From positions 3,084 to 67,083 of the forward strand of contig JAAYIF010000039.1 in the NCBI GenBank assembly GCA_012523575.1: a stretch of 64,000 nt of DNA, given 5' to 3'. The position numbers and the translations under genes are program-made. The notes beneath the pieces are model-generated. The model saw nothing but the letters and a program-made list of their open reading frames with translations, did not search any database and was not told where the DNA came from. Source of the DNA: Clostridia bacterium. Lineage in GTDB: Bacteria; Bacillota; DTU086. Each line of letters begins with the position of its first letter. Within the stretch, counting starts at the first letter, position 1. Positions 19,058-28,398 of the stretch are shown piece by piece.

Positions 19058-19825
19058 TCAATCCGCTAAAGATGTGGATTTTTTGTGAATGCCTGCGGCA
19101 GAAAAATGAATCCCTGTGGCCACGGTTCCCACAAATACTTCCTCTGCCCCTGCCTTTAAAAGCTCCCTGGCACATTCAGAAACGGTGGTTCCCGTAGTCA
19201 AGACATCGTCTATGAGTAGAACCACTTTACCTTTTACCATTGCCCTATCTTTAACCACAAAAGAATTTATGGGGTTGCTTTTCCTCTGTCTAACTGAAAG
19301 CTGTACCTGGGGCACCGTATTTACGTTTTTTTGCAGGATATTTTCAAATATGGGTTTTTTGATTTCCTTGGCCACTTCCCTTGCAATCAGGATGGATTGG
19401 TTAAAACCCCTCTCCTTTAGTCTTTTATGATGCATGGGAACGGGAATTACCACATCTATCCTTTGATGTTCCAGTGAAGATTTCAATTTACTTCCTAAAA
19501 TCCGGCCCAAAGGCACCGCCAGCTTACGGTCTCCGCGAAATTTTAAATTAAACAAAGCTTCTTTAAGAACCCCCCGATAGGGACCGATGGCCCTGGCCAT
19601 GCTAAAGGGCGGCTTTTCCTGACCGCACTGAACACAAAGGCCCCTTTGGAATATAAAATGGCCGCATATATCACATTCGTTATATTTTTGAGACCAATAC
19701 TCCAGCTCTTTTTTGCAAACCAAGCAGATTTCAGCGGTTTTAACCGCCCTTCTCCCACACAGCTGGCACTTGGCCACCGTAGGAAGTATTAAGTCCACAA
19801 AACTTTTCATCCATTTTTCAAGCAA
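19058..19825 (-). CDS. comFC: Competence protein ComFC (double zinc ribbon + phosphoribosyltransferase domain)
   Basis: N-terminal CxxC...CxxC zinc ribbons and a C-terminal PRTase fold (VVLLIDDVLTTGTT). Overlaps comFA by 19 nt. Confidence 0.85.
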   Translation of the reverse strand: MLEKWMKSFVDLILPTVAKCQLCGRRAVKTAEICLVCKKELEYWSQKYNECDICGHFIFQRGLCVQCGQEKPPFSMARAIGPYRGVLKEALFNLKFRGDRKLAVPLGRILGSKLKSSLEHQRIDVVIPVPMHHKRLKERGFNQSILIAREVAKEIKKPIFENILQKNVNTVPQVQLSVRQRKSNPINSFVVKDRAMVKGKVVLLIDDVLTTGTTVSECARELLKAGAEEVFVGTVATGIHFSAAGIHKKSTSLAD

Positions 19826-21699
19826 TTCACTTTATCCTCCCATCCGTTCAGCCATTGTAAGCCTTCGGGCTTAAGAAAACCCTTTTCGCTGGCCTCAATG
19901 TTCAGCTGATGAATTTTCCCCCGGGCACTTTTCATGCTTTTTGTTACTCTGGAACCCACAAACCAAACCTTCCCCATGGGATAGGAAGAGGTTCTCCCTG
20001 CCCTGCCTGCCATCTGAATTAAAGCGGCCTCATCAAAAATTTCTTCCGCATCGGCAAAGAGCACCAAAACATTAACCCGGGGAACGGTAATGCCCCTTTC
20101 CCAAAGGGTTGTTGTAACCAGCACGGGAAATTCACCTTTTATAAAGCGCTCCCTCTTTAATTCCCTATCCTCATCCCTTCCATGGCTGTACTCCACCCAA
20201 CGACCGTTAAAATTATTAAAGGGAGGAAGCTGCGTAATGCGATTTAGCTCCTCGGCAACATGTATAGCAAGAAAAACCGAGGGAACAAAAATTAATAACT
20301 GGGATAAATCCCCCTCCAGGGTCTCATGAATTAAATCAACAACGATTTCAGGAATATTGAACCCCTTTGAAGCTCGGCGGAGTTTCTTTTCCACAACAAT
20401 TTTGGGTTCCGGAAGCGGATAGCCGTGATGCCTTGCGGGAATTTTAATACAGGAAAGCTCCCTTTTTCTCCACCGTTCATATATTTCCCCCGAAGGGGTT
20501 GCGGTTAGATATATGATTTTGCCTGCCTTTCTGCGCGCCCTTCTTACGGCAAATTGAAGCATGCTGCTGTCCTTATATGGATATGCATCCACTTCGTCCA
20601 AAATTATTAAGTCAAAGGCTGAATAAAACCTGAGAACCTGATGGGTAGTAGCTGCAATAATTTCCCCATGGGAAAACTTGTCCTTTGTTTCCCCATGGAT
20701 CATTTTTACAGGAACCTGGGGAAAGGCTCTTTTTAAACGGTTAAAGATATCCGGCAGGGGCGTTCTTCTGGGCATAGCAAAAAGCACCCTTCCTCCCCTG
20801 CTCAGCACCTCTGCCGCTGCCTGAAAGGTAACTTCCGTTTTTCCGGCACCACAGGCGGCCCAAACCAGCTTTTCCCTTTGTTCAGGTTGTAGCACAAATT
20901 GGCGCAGCGCCGCAGAAGCTTCTTTTTGTGCCAAACTCAGCTGTACATCCATAACAGGGGTTATGGAAGTATGGGGCAGCTTGTAAGCCCTTCTCCCCCC
21001 GGGAACCCCATATAAAGGCTGGCAGGATCGGGATTCCCCCAGGGCAATGCATTCTTCGCAGTGATAGCATTTAAGTCCGCAGGAAGCACAAACAATGGAC
21101 AAAATTCTTTCCCTCTGCCCGCAACGGTGGCATATTTTTCTTCCATCTTTTTCAAAGCAGATGCTGGGCAAACGCTGACATTTCCGTTCCAGAAACAAAA
21201 TTTGAAGAATGTCCTGGATTTCATTTTCGCCGGCATTAATACCCTTTTTTTTAATAAACTGATCTATTTCATTTAAAAAAAGAATTCTCCCCATTAACTT
21301 TTCTTCTAAGACCTTTATTTTACCCAGATCAAAAAAGGGCTTGGGTATGGGATTTTGTAAATAGTTTTCCGTTAAAAAATCCTTAGATAACCCAAGCCTT
21401 GCAAAATGCTTTCTCAACTTCCTGACCTTTAACGCCACAATTTCTTCAATACTCCGCCCTTTGAAAAGGGTGCCAACCCTTTCCAATTCCGTTGTACAGT
21501 TGTTAAACAGATATGAAACATATCCTATGGGAAGGGGTTTGGTAAGCAGTAGCATTCCGGTAAAACCCTTTTCCACTAAAAACCAATAGTCTAAAAGGGG
21601 ATTATGGGAATAGCTTAAGATATATTTTTTTTCGCCCCAAGCCAGGTAGATAATAAATTTTTGGCACCCTATCACCATTATCACCTGTTTTTTATCCAT
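19807..21699 (-). CDS. comFA: Competence helicase ComFA (DEAD-box-like, zinc-finger); N-terminal ~135 aa beyond typical ComFA, so the start is uncertain
   Basis: Zn-finger cysteine cluster, Walker A ACGAGKT, DEVD box, and C-terminal helicase motifs (QMAGRAGR). Confidence 0.8.
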   Translation of the reverse strand: MDKKQVIMVIGCQKFIIYLAWGEKKYILSYSHNPLLDYWFLVEKGFTGMLLLTKPLPIGYVSYLFNNCTTELERVGTLFKGRSIEEIVALKVRKLRKHFARLGLSKDFLTENYLQNPIPKPFFDLGKIKVLEEKLMGRILFLNEIDQFIKKKGINAGENEIQDILQILFLERKCQRLPSICFEKDGRKICHRCGQRERILSIVCASCGLKCYHCEECIALGESRSCQPLYGVPGGRRAYKLPHTSITPVMDVQLSLAQKEASAALRQFVLQPEQREKLVWAACGAGKTEVTFQAAAEVLSRGGRVLFAMPRRTPLPDIFNRLKRAFPQVPVKMIHGETKDKFSHGEIIAATTHQVLRFYSAFDLIILDEVDAYPYKDSSMLQFAVRRARRKAGKIIYLTATPSGEIYERWRKRELSCIKIPARHHGYPLPEPKIVVEKKLRRASKGFNIPEIVVDLIHETLEGDLSQLLIFVPSVFLAIHVAEELNRITQLPPFNNFNGRWVEYSHGRDEDRELKRERFIKGEFPVLVTTTLWERGITVPRVNVLVLFADAEEIFDEAALIQMAGRAGRTSSYPMGKVWFVGSRVTKSMKSARGKIHQLNIEASEKGFLKPEGLQWLNGWEDKVNCLKNG

Positions 21700-21792
21700 A
21701 TCCCATTGTATTTTTGTAAACTTTCTACAATTTGCTGGTAAAATCCTTTGGCTTTTCCATCTTAAATTGTCTTTTAATGCCGAAAGGGAATG

Positions 21793-22200
21793 TCATACAA
21801 TAACACTGTAACCATTCATTTCCCTTTTTACAAAATTCCTAAGATCGAGAAGATATAAAGGCTGATCCAGAAAATGCTGAATATGCTGGAAATCAAAAAA
21901 TGAATCTTTTTTTCTAAAAAGAACATTGATCTCTGAATGTTTTCGGGATAACCTGGTTACAATATCCTTGGTTTTATCGTCTGAATCCTCAACTATAACG
22001 AAAATGGGCCCCTGACCCCTTCTCCAGCAACGGGCACAAAGGATTCTCAATACATTTTCCACAGTTTCTTCGCAGTTTCGCACCATAACCAAAAATACGC
22101 CTTTAGTATTGACACTTATTTTCTTGTGCTCAAAACCAATAAACACAAAGGCCGTGGTTATTAGAAAAAACCAGCAGAGGTAAAAAATTTTTACCTTCAT
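21793..22200 (-). CDS. Hypothetical membrane-anchored protein (135 aa), weak resemblance to a GT2 N-terminus
   Basis: N-terminal TM, then FVIVEDSDDKTKDIVTRL resembling the GT2 IVVDDGSTD region. Too short for a full glycosyltransferase. Confidence 0.4.
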   Translation of the reverse strand: MKVKIFYLCWFFLITTAFVFIGFEHKKISVNTKGVFLVMVRNCEETVENVLRILCARCWRRGQGPIFVIVEDSDDKTKDIVTRLSRKHSEINVLFRKKDSFFDFQHIQHFLDQPLYLLDLRNFVKREMNGYSVIV

Positions 22201-22303
22201 GCCTTAACCTCCGGCAGCATGATGGTACTTTATTTTATGAAATAATCTTTTTACCTGTTCCAGGAGCCAAAGGCCATGAAAAAGGCGCCAGAAAATGGCG
22301 CAT

Positions 22304-22513
22304 ACACTGTGGACAAACATTTTTTTTGCTGGATCTCTGCTGCAGTTTGCGAAACGACTTAACGAACGTCGATTAAAACCGGAAGGCGCGAGCATGGACG
22401 CTCGCGCCAGCCAGTCTCTCGCACGGACGCCGAATTTGGGGCAGCCCGGTTTAAAGCGGCGTGAGGTTAAGGAGTGAGAAAACTGCAGCAGAGAACCTTT
22501 GTCTACAAGACAA
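22304..22513 (+). repeat. Structured intergenic repeat, copy C (subtype I); core 22334-22493
   Basis: acactgtggacaaacat ... tctctgctgcagtttgcgaaacgacttaacgaacgtcgattaaaaccgg ... ggcgcgagcatggacgctcgcgcc ... gacgccgaatttgggg ... gagaaaactgcagcagaga ... cctttgtctacaagacaag. Confidence 0.9.
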
Positions 22514-22547
22514 GCGCCGTGTTGGCACTTTTTTGGTATGAACCCGG

Positions 22548-23975
22548 TTATATATTCAATTCCTCCCGGATGTGTTTCTGAATTCCCTTAAGCTGTTCTT
22601 CACTGTTTGCCTCTACATAAACCCGGAAAAGGGGCTCAGTTCCCGAAGGCCTTATGAGTACCCAACTGCCGTCTTCATTGACGAACTTTGCCCCGTCAAT
22701 TTCCAATTTTTTTACCACTTTCTGCCCTGCTATGGAGCTGGGGTTAAAATTTTTCAATTTATCCAAAACAATTCCCTTTTCATCTGCCGGTACCGGTAGA
22801 TCCAGGCGCCCGCTCACCATTTTTCCGTATTCCTGGAAAAGTTCCTGCTGAAGTTCCAGCAGGGATCTGCCGTATGTCGCAGCAACTTCAGTTACCAGCA
22901 CTGCCCCTAAAATCCCGTCCTTTTCAGGCACATGTCCCTTAATGCACATACCGCCGCTTTCTTCGCCGCCCAAAATGCTGTCATCCCGTAATATGCACTG
23001 GCCTATAAATTTAAATCCCACAGGGGTTTCCCTGACCCCAAGGCCGTACCTTTGGGCAACTTTATCCAGCATGTGGGTGGTGGCCACCGTTCTGGCCACG
23101 GTTCGGCCGAGGTCTTCCCTTGTCTTAACCAAATGGTTAAGGAGCAGGAAAAGAATTTCATTGGGAGAAAAGAATTTGCCCGTTTTATCAATTACACCGA
23201 AACGATCACCATCACCATCCAGAGCCAAACCAAGGTCAGCTCCCGTGCTTTCCACCTGCTCCCTAAGCTCCGATAAATTTTTTTCAACGGGATCCGGCAT
23301 GCTTCCACCAAAAAGTGGGTCCCTAAAACTATGTATGGAAATAACTTCGCAGCCCAATTCTTTAAGAACTTCCTCAAAATAACCGGCTCCTGCACCGTAA
23401 AGGGGATCAGCAACGATCTTCAAACCTGCATTATTTATAGCTGAAGCATCAATTAAATTTTTTAAGTGTTCTTTATAAGCGGGAAAGGGGTCAAACTCCT
23501 TCCACAACCCCAAATCCTTTGCCTTATTCCCCCTCATTCTTTTTATTTCCCCTGTTTCAATAATCTTATTTAGGTTTTCCTCAATGGCATCGGTTTCTTC
23601 AGGAAGGGCAGGGCCTGCAAAATCGGCAATATATTTGATTCCGTTGTACTCAGGGGGGTTATGGCTTGCGGTAATCATAACAGCTCCTGCGGTGCCCAGT
23701 TTTTTAATGGCAAAGGCGGTTATTGGTGTGGGAAGAGGTTTTAGGGAAATAAAAACGGGGATAGAGTTTCCTGCCATCACCTCGGCCACAGCCCGGGCAA
23801 AATGATCGGAAAGAAAACGATTATCGTAACCGATTACCACTCCCCGATCCTGCTCGCCCTTAGCTTTAATATGTAAAGCCACAGCCTGGGCCACCGCTCT
23901 AACGTTGTCAAAGGTAAAATCCTCAGCAATTATGCTCCGCCATCCATCAGTTCCAAATTTGATATTTTTCATCAC
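22548..23975 (-). CDS. Phosphoglucomutase/phosphomannomutase family protein (alpha-D-phosphohexomutase)
   Basis: 475 aa. Active-site TASHNP motif, a metal-binding DGDGDR-like loop and the four-domain PGM/PMM layout. Confidence 0.85.
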   Translation of the reverse strand: MMKNIKFGTDGWRSIIAEDFTFDNVRAVAQAVALHIKAKGEQDRGVVIGYDNRFLSDHFARAVAEVMAGNSIPVFISLKPLPTPITAFAIKKLGTAGAVMITASHNPPEYNGIKYIADFAGPALPEETDAIEENLNKIIETGEIKRMRGNKAKDLGLWKEFDPFPAYKEHLKNLIDASAINNAGLKIVADPLYGAGAGYFEEVLKELGCEVISIHSFRDPLFGGSMPDPVEKNLSELREQVESTGADLGLALDGDGDRFGVIDKTGKFFSPNEILFLLLNHLVKTREDLGRTVARTVATTHMLDKVAQRYGLGVRETPVGFKFIGQCILRDDSILGGEESGGMCIKGHVPEKDGILGAVLVTEVAATYGRSLLELQQELFQEYGKMVSGRLDLPVPADEKGIVLDKLKNFNPSSIAGQKVVKKLEIDGAKFVNEDGSWVLIRPSGTEPLFRVYVEANSEEQLKGIQKHIREELNI

Positions 23976-24030
23976 CCATTTATCCTCTCCGAATAAAAAT
24001 GCCCAACATTTATTTAAAATTATATTATTA

Positions 24031-24247
24031 ACAGACTGTAGATAAACCTACCTACTAACTAAATTATTATTAGTCTCTGCTGCAGTTTGCGAAACGACTT
24101 AACGAACGCTAATTAAAACCGGGAGGCGCGAACAGGACGTTCACGCCAGCCAGTCTTTCGTACGGCCGCCGAATTTGGGGCAGCCAGGTTTTAATCAGCG
24201 TGAGTTCGCAAGTCAAGAAAACTGAAACAGAGACCCTTTATCAATAT
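24031..24247 (+). repeat. Structured intergenic repeat, copy D (subtype I, slightly degenerate right terminus); core 24074-24233
   Basis: acagactgtagataaacc ... tctctgctgcagtttgcgaaacgacttaacgaacgctaattaaaaccggg ... ggcgcgaacaggacgttcacgcc ... gaaaactgaaacagaga ... ccctttatcaatat. Confidence 0.85.
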
Positions 24248-24251
24248 ATTC

Positions 24252-24980
24252 TTACTTATTGGGAGCTCTGTCCGAAATATCCATGGGAGTAGTTAAATCA
24301 TCTTTATCTAAATCCACAAATAAATTCCTCTTGGAAGAGAACACCGCCAGCTTAACTTCCTTAATATCCTGAACTCCCCTTTTCTCCAATTCACTTAACA
24401 GCCAATTTTCATCAAGGCCAATCTGCTCTAAATTTTGATGCACCACTTCCCCGTCCATAATCAATTCCACGGACAATCCTTCATAATCGCTGCTCAAATC
24501 TAAATCTTCCCTGGTTAAAGGTTTTTGCTGGGATTTTAGTTCCACACTTAAGCTTCCATCGGGCTCCAGAATAGCATATTCAACATCTCCAATATAAAAA
24601 ATCCCTTTTTCCCTAAGCTGCATAAGCAGCTCATCAAAATTGTATCTCATTTTCTTCATGTTATTTTCCAAAACCTTTCCATTGTGGATAACAATTGTGG
24701 GCTCACCGGCAATGATCTTCCGTAAAGGCCTGCTCTGTAGAGCAGCCCATTCCATAATGAAAGTCAGTGCTGCAAAGAGGGTTAATCCCAGCAGATGGAC
24801 CAGGGTCTGCTTTTGGCCCACATCCGTTGCAAGAACAGCGGCAATGCTTCCAAAGGTAATTCCGTTTATATATTCAAAGAAGGTCAATTGACCCACCTGC
24901 TGCTTCCCCAGTATTCTTGTGTAAAACAAAATGGCAAAAAAGGCCAAAAACGTTTGAATAATTACCTCAATGTATAGCAT
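24252..24980 (-). CDS. DUF421/YetF family membrane protein
   Basis: 242 aa with N-terminal TM helices and the conserved YetF C-terminal domain (EYAILEPDGSLSV...). Confidence 0.75.
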   Translation of the reverse strand: MLYIEVIIQTFLAFFAILFYTRILGKQQVGQLTFFEYINGITFGSIAAVLATDVGQKQTLVHLLGLTLFAALTFIMEWAALQSRPLRKIIAGEPTIVIHNGKVLENNMKKMRYNFDELLMQLREKGIFYIGDVEYAILEPDGSLSVELKSQQKPLTREDLDLSSDYEGLSVELIMDGEVVHQNLEQIGLDENWLLSELEKRGVQDIKEVKLAVFSSKRNLFVDLDKDDLTTPMDISDRAPNK

Positions 24981-24999
24981 TTACCAAAACCTCTCAACT

Positions 25000-25092
25000 T
25001 TAAATTAATTCTTTTTTTGTTAAATAATATAGAAGGTACATCCCTGCTGCGATAAAAAGCAGTACAAGGATACTTTCCAGCAATAATTTCAT
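25000..25092 (-). CDS. Possible 30-aa hydrophobic micropeptide (MKLLLESILVLLFIAAGMYLLYYLTKKELI) upstream of the DUF421 gene
   Basis: GGGGG SD about 8 nt upstream of the ATG. Single TM-like peptide. Its stop lies 20 nt from the downstream gene start. No homology evidence. Confidence 0.25.
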   Translation of the reverse strand: MKLLLESILVLLFIAAGMYLLYYLTKKELI

Positions 25093-25286
25093 TTCCATGT
25101 CCCCCTAACACTTGGTAAACTGGGCTCCACAACTTTATTAACATCTTTCATAAAGCACCGATACTTATTATTTCCACGCCACCAAAAAATATTAAAAAAC
25201 AAATTGTTATTAACAGGAGAAAAAGCAGACCAAATATAAAAAGATGTAAAAAAACTCTGGAAGCACATAAAAGGGAGCATACAAAA

Positions 25287-26165
25287 ATGGAGAGAGCACT
25301 TTTAATTTATAATCCCGCAGCGGGTAAAAATTCAGCAGTCTCCCGTCTCCACGATATTATCAATTACCTGCTGGAAGTGGGTTTTGAGGTGATACCTTAT
25401 CCCTCAAAGAAACAGGGAGACGCTAAAATAAAAGCCGCCCAAGCAAGCAAGGAATTTAAAAATATCATAGCCGTTGGAGGCGACGGTACCCTCCATGAAA
25501 TTGTAAACGGACTTGGGGAAAACATGGGAAACATTAACTTGGGGATCATTCCCGCGGGAACATCCAATGATTTTGCAAGGGCCTTGGGTATACCCACTGA
25601 TACGGCAGGAGCTGTAGAAATTATCGGCAGGAAAAAAATAAAAAAAGTTGACATAGGCAAGATTAATGAACGGTATTTTATCAACGTTGCCGGGGGAGGC
25701 AATTTGACCAATATATCTTATGAAGTGCCGAGAAAACTGAAAACATATTTGGGACAGCTGGCATATTACGCCAAAAGCCTGGAAGAGCTCCCCAGGCTGA
25801 GACCGGTTAAGGTACGCTTAAAAACACCGGAATTAATAATTGACGATGAGATTATGCTTTTTTTAGCCGCCAACAGCAGAACGGCAGGGGGATTTGAGCT
25901 TTTAGCCCCCAGGGCATCTTTCAGCGACGGCCTTCTGGATCTTCTGGTTGTAAAAAACCTTTCCCTGGCGGAGTTTATCTCTCTGGCTGCAATATGCCTT
26001 ACCGGGGAACATATCCATCATCCCAAGGTAATTTACCTTCAAACTTCAAGGATAGAAGTCACAAGCAGGGAAAAAGTATCCCTCAATACGGACGGCGAAT
26101 ATTCGGGCTTGCTTCCATGTTCCATAGAAGTTATTCCGGGACGCCTTAATTTATTCATGCCTTAA
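25287..26165 (+). CDS. dagK: Diacylglycerol kinase family lipid kinase (DgkB/YegS/BmrU-like)
   Basis: 292 aa with the DAGK_cat motif AVGGDGTLHEIVNGL. Confidence 0.85.
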   Translation: MERALLIYNPAAGKNSAVSRLHDIINYLLEVGFEVIPYPSKKQGDAKIKAAQASKEFKNIIAVGGDGTLHEIVNGLGENMGNINLGIIPAGTSNDFARALGIPTDTAGAVEIIGRKKIKKVDIGKINERYFINVAGGGNLTNISYEVPRKLKTYLGQLAYYAKSLEELPRLRPVKVRLKTPELIIDDEIMLFLAANSRTAGGFELLAPRASFSDGLLDLLVVKNLSLAEFISLAAICLTGEHIHHPKVIYLQTSRIEVTSREKVSLNTDGEYSGLLPCSIEVIPGRLNLFMP

Positions 26166-26261
26166 ATTTTTTCACGTTTCCACTACGTTTATCTGCTGCA
26201 CAGCTGGCTGCATAAATGCGGATGTATTTAAACTAATGATGATAACAAAGGAAAATTGCAA

Positions 26262-26741
26262 TCAGTTGGAAATTTTCAGGAAATCACCTTTGACCCAGCC
26301 CTTTAAACCCGAAGGGGTTTTAATCTGATACCAATCACTGCTCTTATCAATGATGGTAACCTTTGTACCCTTAGGGAGGGTTCCCTTCTGGGAAAATACC
26401 TCATCGGGCCCGTTTTTGAGAGCAACCTGAGACTGCCCCTCAACAACGGCGGTTTTCCCGGCTTCCATAAAGGAGGTTCCCTTCAATTCGGCAGCAGATT
26501 TTTGAAGCCTATCCACTGTTTCCCTAATACGTTCTAACTCCGTTTCTAAAGAGCGAAACTTTTCCTCCACAGCAGCGGTAACATAACTCTTGGTCACCAG
26601 GGGGTCCTCCCTTAAGCCCCCTTTTCCGTCCACAGCTTCTGCTTCCATTCCTCCTGCAATAAAGCCGAACAAAATAAACAAAAAGACCAGGACATAAGCA
26701 AGGGTTTTTGAGTTTTTCATTCCCCCAACACCTTCCTCCAT
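26262..26741 (-). CDS. SH3b domain-containing membrane-anchored protein
   Basis: N-terminal TM, a coiled segment, and a C-terminal bacterial SH3 motif (GTKVTIIDKSSDWYQIKTPSGLKGWVKGDFL). Confidence 0.55.
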   Translation of the reverse strand: MEEGVGGMKNSKTLAYVLVFLFILFGFIAGGMEAEAVDGKGGLREDPLVTKSYVTAAVEEKFRSLETELERIRETVDRLQKSAAELKGTSFMEAGKTAVVEGQSQVALKNGPDEVFSQKGTLPKGTKVTIIDKSSDWYQIKTPSGLKGWVKGDFLKISN

Positions 26742-26764
26742 TTTTCTATGCCGGTAATTCCCTG

Positions 26765-27838
26765 TTAACGGGAATCCTCAATTCCTGCAGCTTCATAACC
26801 GGAAGTCTCCTGTTTTCTGCTTACCCCGCTGAAAACCCCCAGTTTACCTGCCCCGACAGAAATAACGGTAATTAAAAGGATAAGGGCCACAATACTATGC
26901 TCGGTGCTGAGCACATTCAATGCAATGGCACTTATTCCCAAAAAAATATTAACCCCGTAGATAAGAAGCACAGCCTGTCTATGGGAAAAACCTCTGTCCA
27001 GAAGAATATGATGAAAATGTTCCTTATCAGCTTCAAAAATAGGCCGGTGATTTATGCACCTTCTAATAACGGCAAAAAGGGTATCAAAAATGGGAATTCC
27101 CAGAATTATTATGGGAATAAAAACGGATATAAAGGTCGCTCCCTTTGTTAAACCTTCCACTGCCAGGGAGCCCAGGGTAAATCCCAGGAACATGGAACCG
27201 CTGTCCCCCATAAACATTTTGGCCGGATAAAAGTTGTAGGGGAGAAAACCCATAACCGCAGCTCCAAGGATAAGGGCTAATCCCGCCACTGCATACTGGC
27301 CTTCAATCCATGCCACAACGGCCATGGTAATCGCAGCAATAAAGGATGTCCCCGCCGCAAGGCCGTCCAGGCCGTCAATGAGATTTAAGGCATTGGTCAC
27401 TCCAATAATCCACAGGATAGTAATGGGTACGGCCATAATACCCAGGGGAATTACTCCCCCCAGAGGATAGGTAACAAATTCCACTTTGACCCCAAAGCTC
27501 ACAAGAACAGCAGCCGCTATAATTTGAGCTGTGAGTTTCAATTTGGGAGGCAGCCCCCATATATCGTCCAGCACCCCTGCAGCCACTATAATGGTACTTC
27601 CCAGAAGAAGCCCCTTCTCAAAATCTCCCAGGGATCTAAAAACAAGAAGTGCCCCCACAAATCCCAGATAAATTGCCACTCCTCCAAGGCGGGGCATGAT
27701 TTTATTATGTACCTTCCTGGCATTGGGCCTGTCAACGGCACCCACAGCCAGTGCTATTTTTCTAACAATGGGGGTAAGAATAAGAACAGCGATAAAAACC
27801 GCCCCCAGTATAAAAGCGAGCTCTTCCATTCCCCTCAT
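26765..27838 (-). CDS. tagO: UDP-N-acetylglucosamine--undecaprenyl-phosphate GlcNAc-1-phosphate transferase (TagO/WecA; MraY-like GT4)
   Basis: 357 aa polytopic membrane protein with MraY/WecA motifs (DDxxGL, NAxNxxDGxDGL). Confidence 0.8.
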   Translation of the reverse strand: MRGMEELAFILGAVFIAVLILTPIVRKIALAVGAVDRPNARKVHNKIMPRLGGVAIYLGFVGALLVFRSLGDFEKGLLLGSTIIVAAGVLDDIWGLPPKLKLTAQIIAAAVLVSFGVKVEFVTYPLGGVIPLGIMAVPITILWIIGVTNALNLIDGLDGLAAGTSFIAAITMAVVAWIEGQYAVAGLALILGAAVMGFLPYNFYPAKMFMGDSGSMFLGFTLGSLAVEGLTKGATFISVFIPIIILGIPIFDTLFAVIRRCINHRPIFEADKEHFHHILLDRGFSHRQAVLLIYGVNIFLGISAIALNVLSTEHSIVALILLITVISVGAGKLGVFSGVSRKQETSGYEAAGIEDSR

Positions 27839-27862
27839 AATGCTCCTCCCCTGAACTAAAAA

Positions 27863-28288
27863 TTACTTTTCCACGGCAAACATTAGCTGAGCTTCACAGG
27901 CCAATTCTTCACCTACATAGGCCTTTGCCTCGCATTTCCCCACCTTTCCCTTTAACTTAACGACCTCCACCTCTATGCGCAGCTGATCTCCGGGTACAAT
28001 CTGTCTGCGGAATCTGGCCTTGTCGATTCCTGCAAAAAGGGCCAGCTTTTCCTTATACTCGGGCATTTTTAATATTCCCACTGCCCCTACCTGGGCCATG
28101 GCTTCAATAATTAAAACACCGGGCATAACAGGGCGTCCGGGAAAATGCCCCTGAAAAAAGGGTTCATTGATGGTAACATTTTTTATTCCCACAACACGTT
28201 TACCTTCTTCCAATTCAATAACCTTGTCCACAAGGAGAAATGGGTAACGATGAGGAATTATCTGCATAATTTCCTCAGCATTCATCAA
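27863..28288 (-). CDS. fabZ: 3-hydroxyacyl-ACP dehydratase FabZ
   Basis: 141 aa. [11 protein letters not shown]...[13 protein letters not shown] hotdog signature. Confidence 0.92.
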   Translation of the reverse strand: MMNAEEIMQIIPHRYPFLLVDKVIELEEGKRVVGIKNVTINEPFFQGHFPGRPVMPGVLIIEAMAQVGAVGILKMPEYKEKLALFAGIDKARFRRQIVPGDQLRIEVEVVKLKGKVGKCEAKAYVGEELACEAQLMFAVEK

Positions 28289-28398
28289 TCTTAAAGCCCC
28301 CTAAAAAATAATCGGCTTATGTACTAAACTATTTCTCCCAACAAAATTTGTCAAGTTTATTATTTATACGTCAATTATTATATAATCCTTCTTATTCT

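Noticed and set aside
19020-19081. Replication origin (oriC) suggested by tandem DnaA boxes
   Set aside because: No dnaA, dnaN, rpmH or gyrB genes and no AT-rich unwinding element are nearby. Only 2-3 boxes are present. More likely a dispersed DnaA-box cluster.
26166-26261. Partial copy of the repeat terminus (atctgctgcacagctggctgc) downstream of dagK
   Set aside because: Only about 10 nt resemble the TIR. No core motifs (GCGAAACGACTT, GACGCCGAAT) are present. Probably chance.
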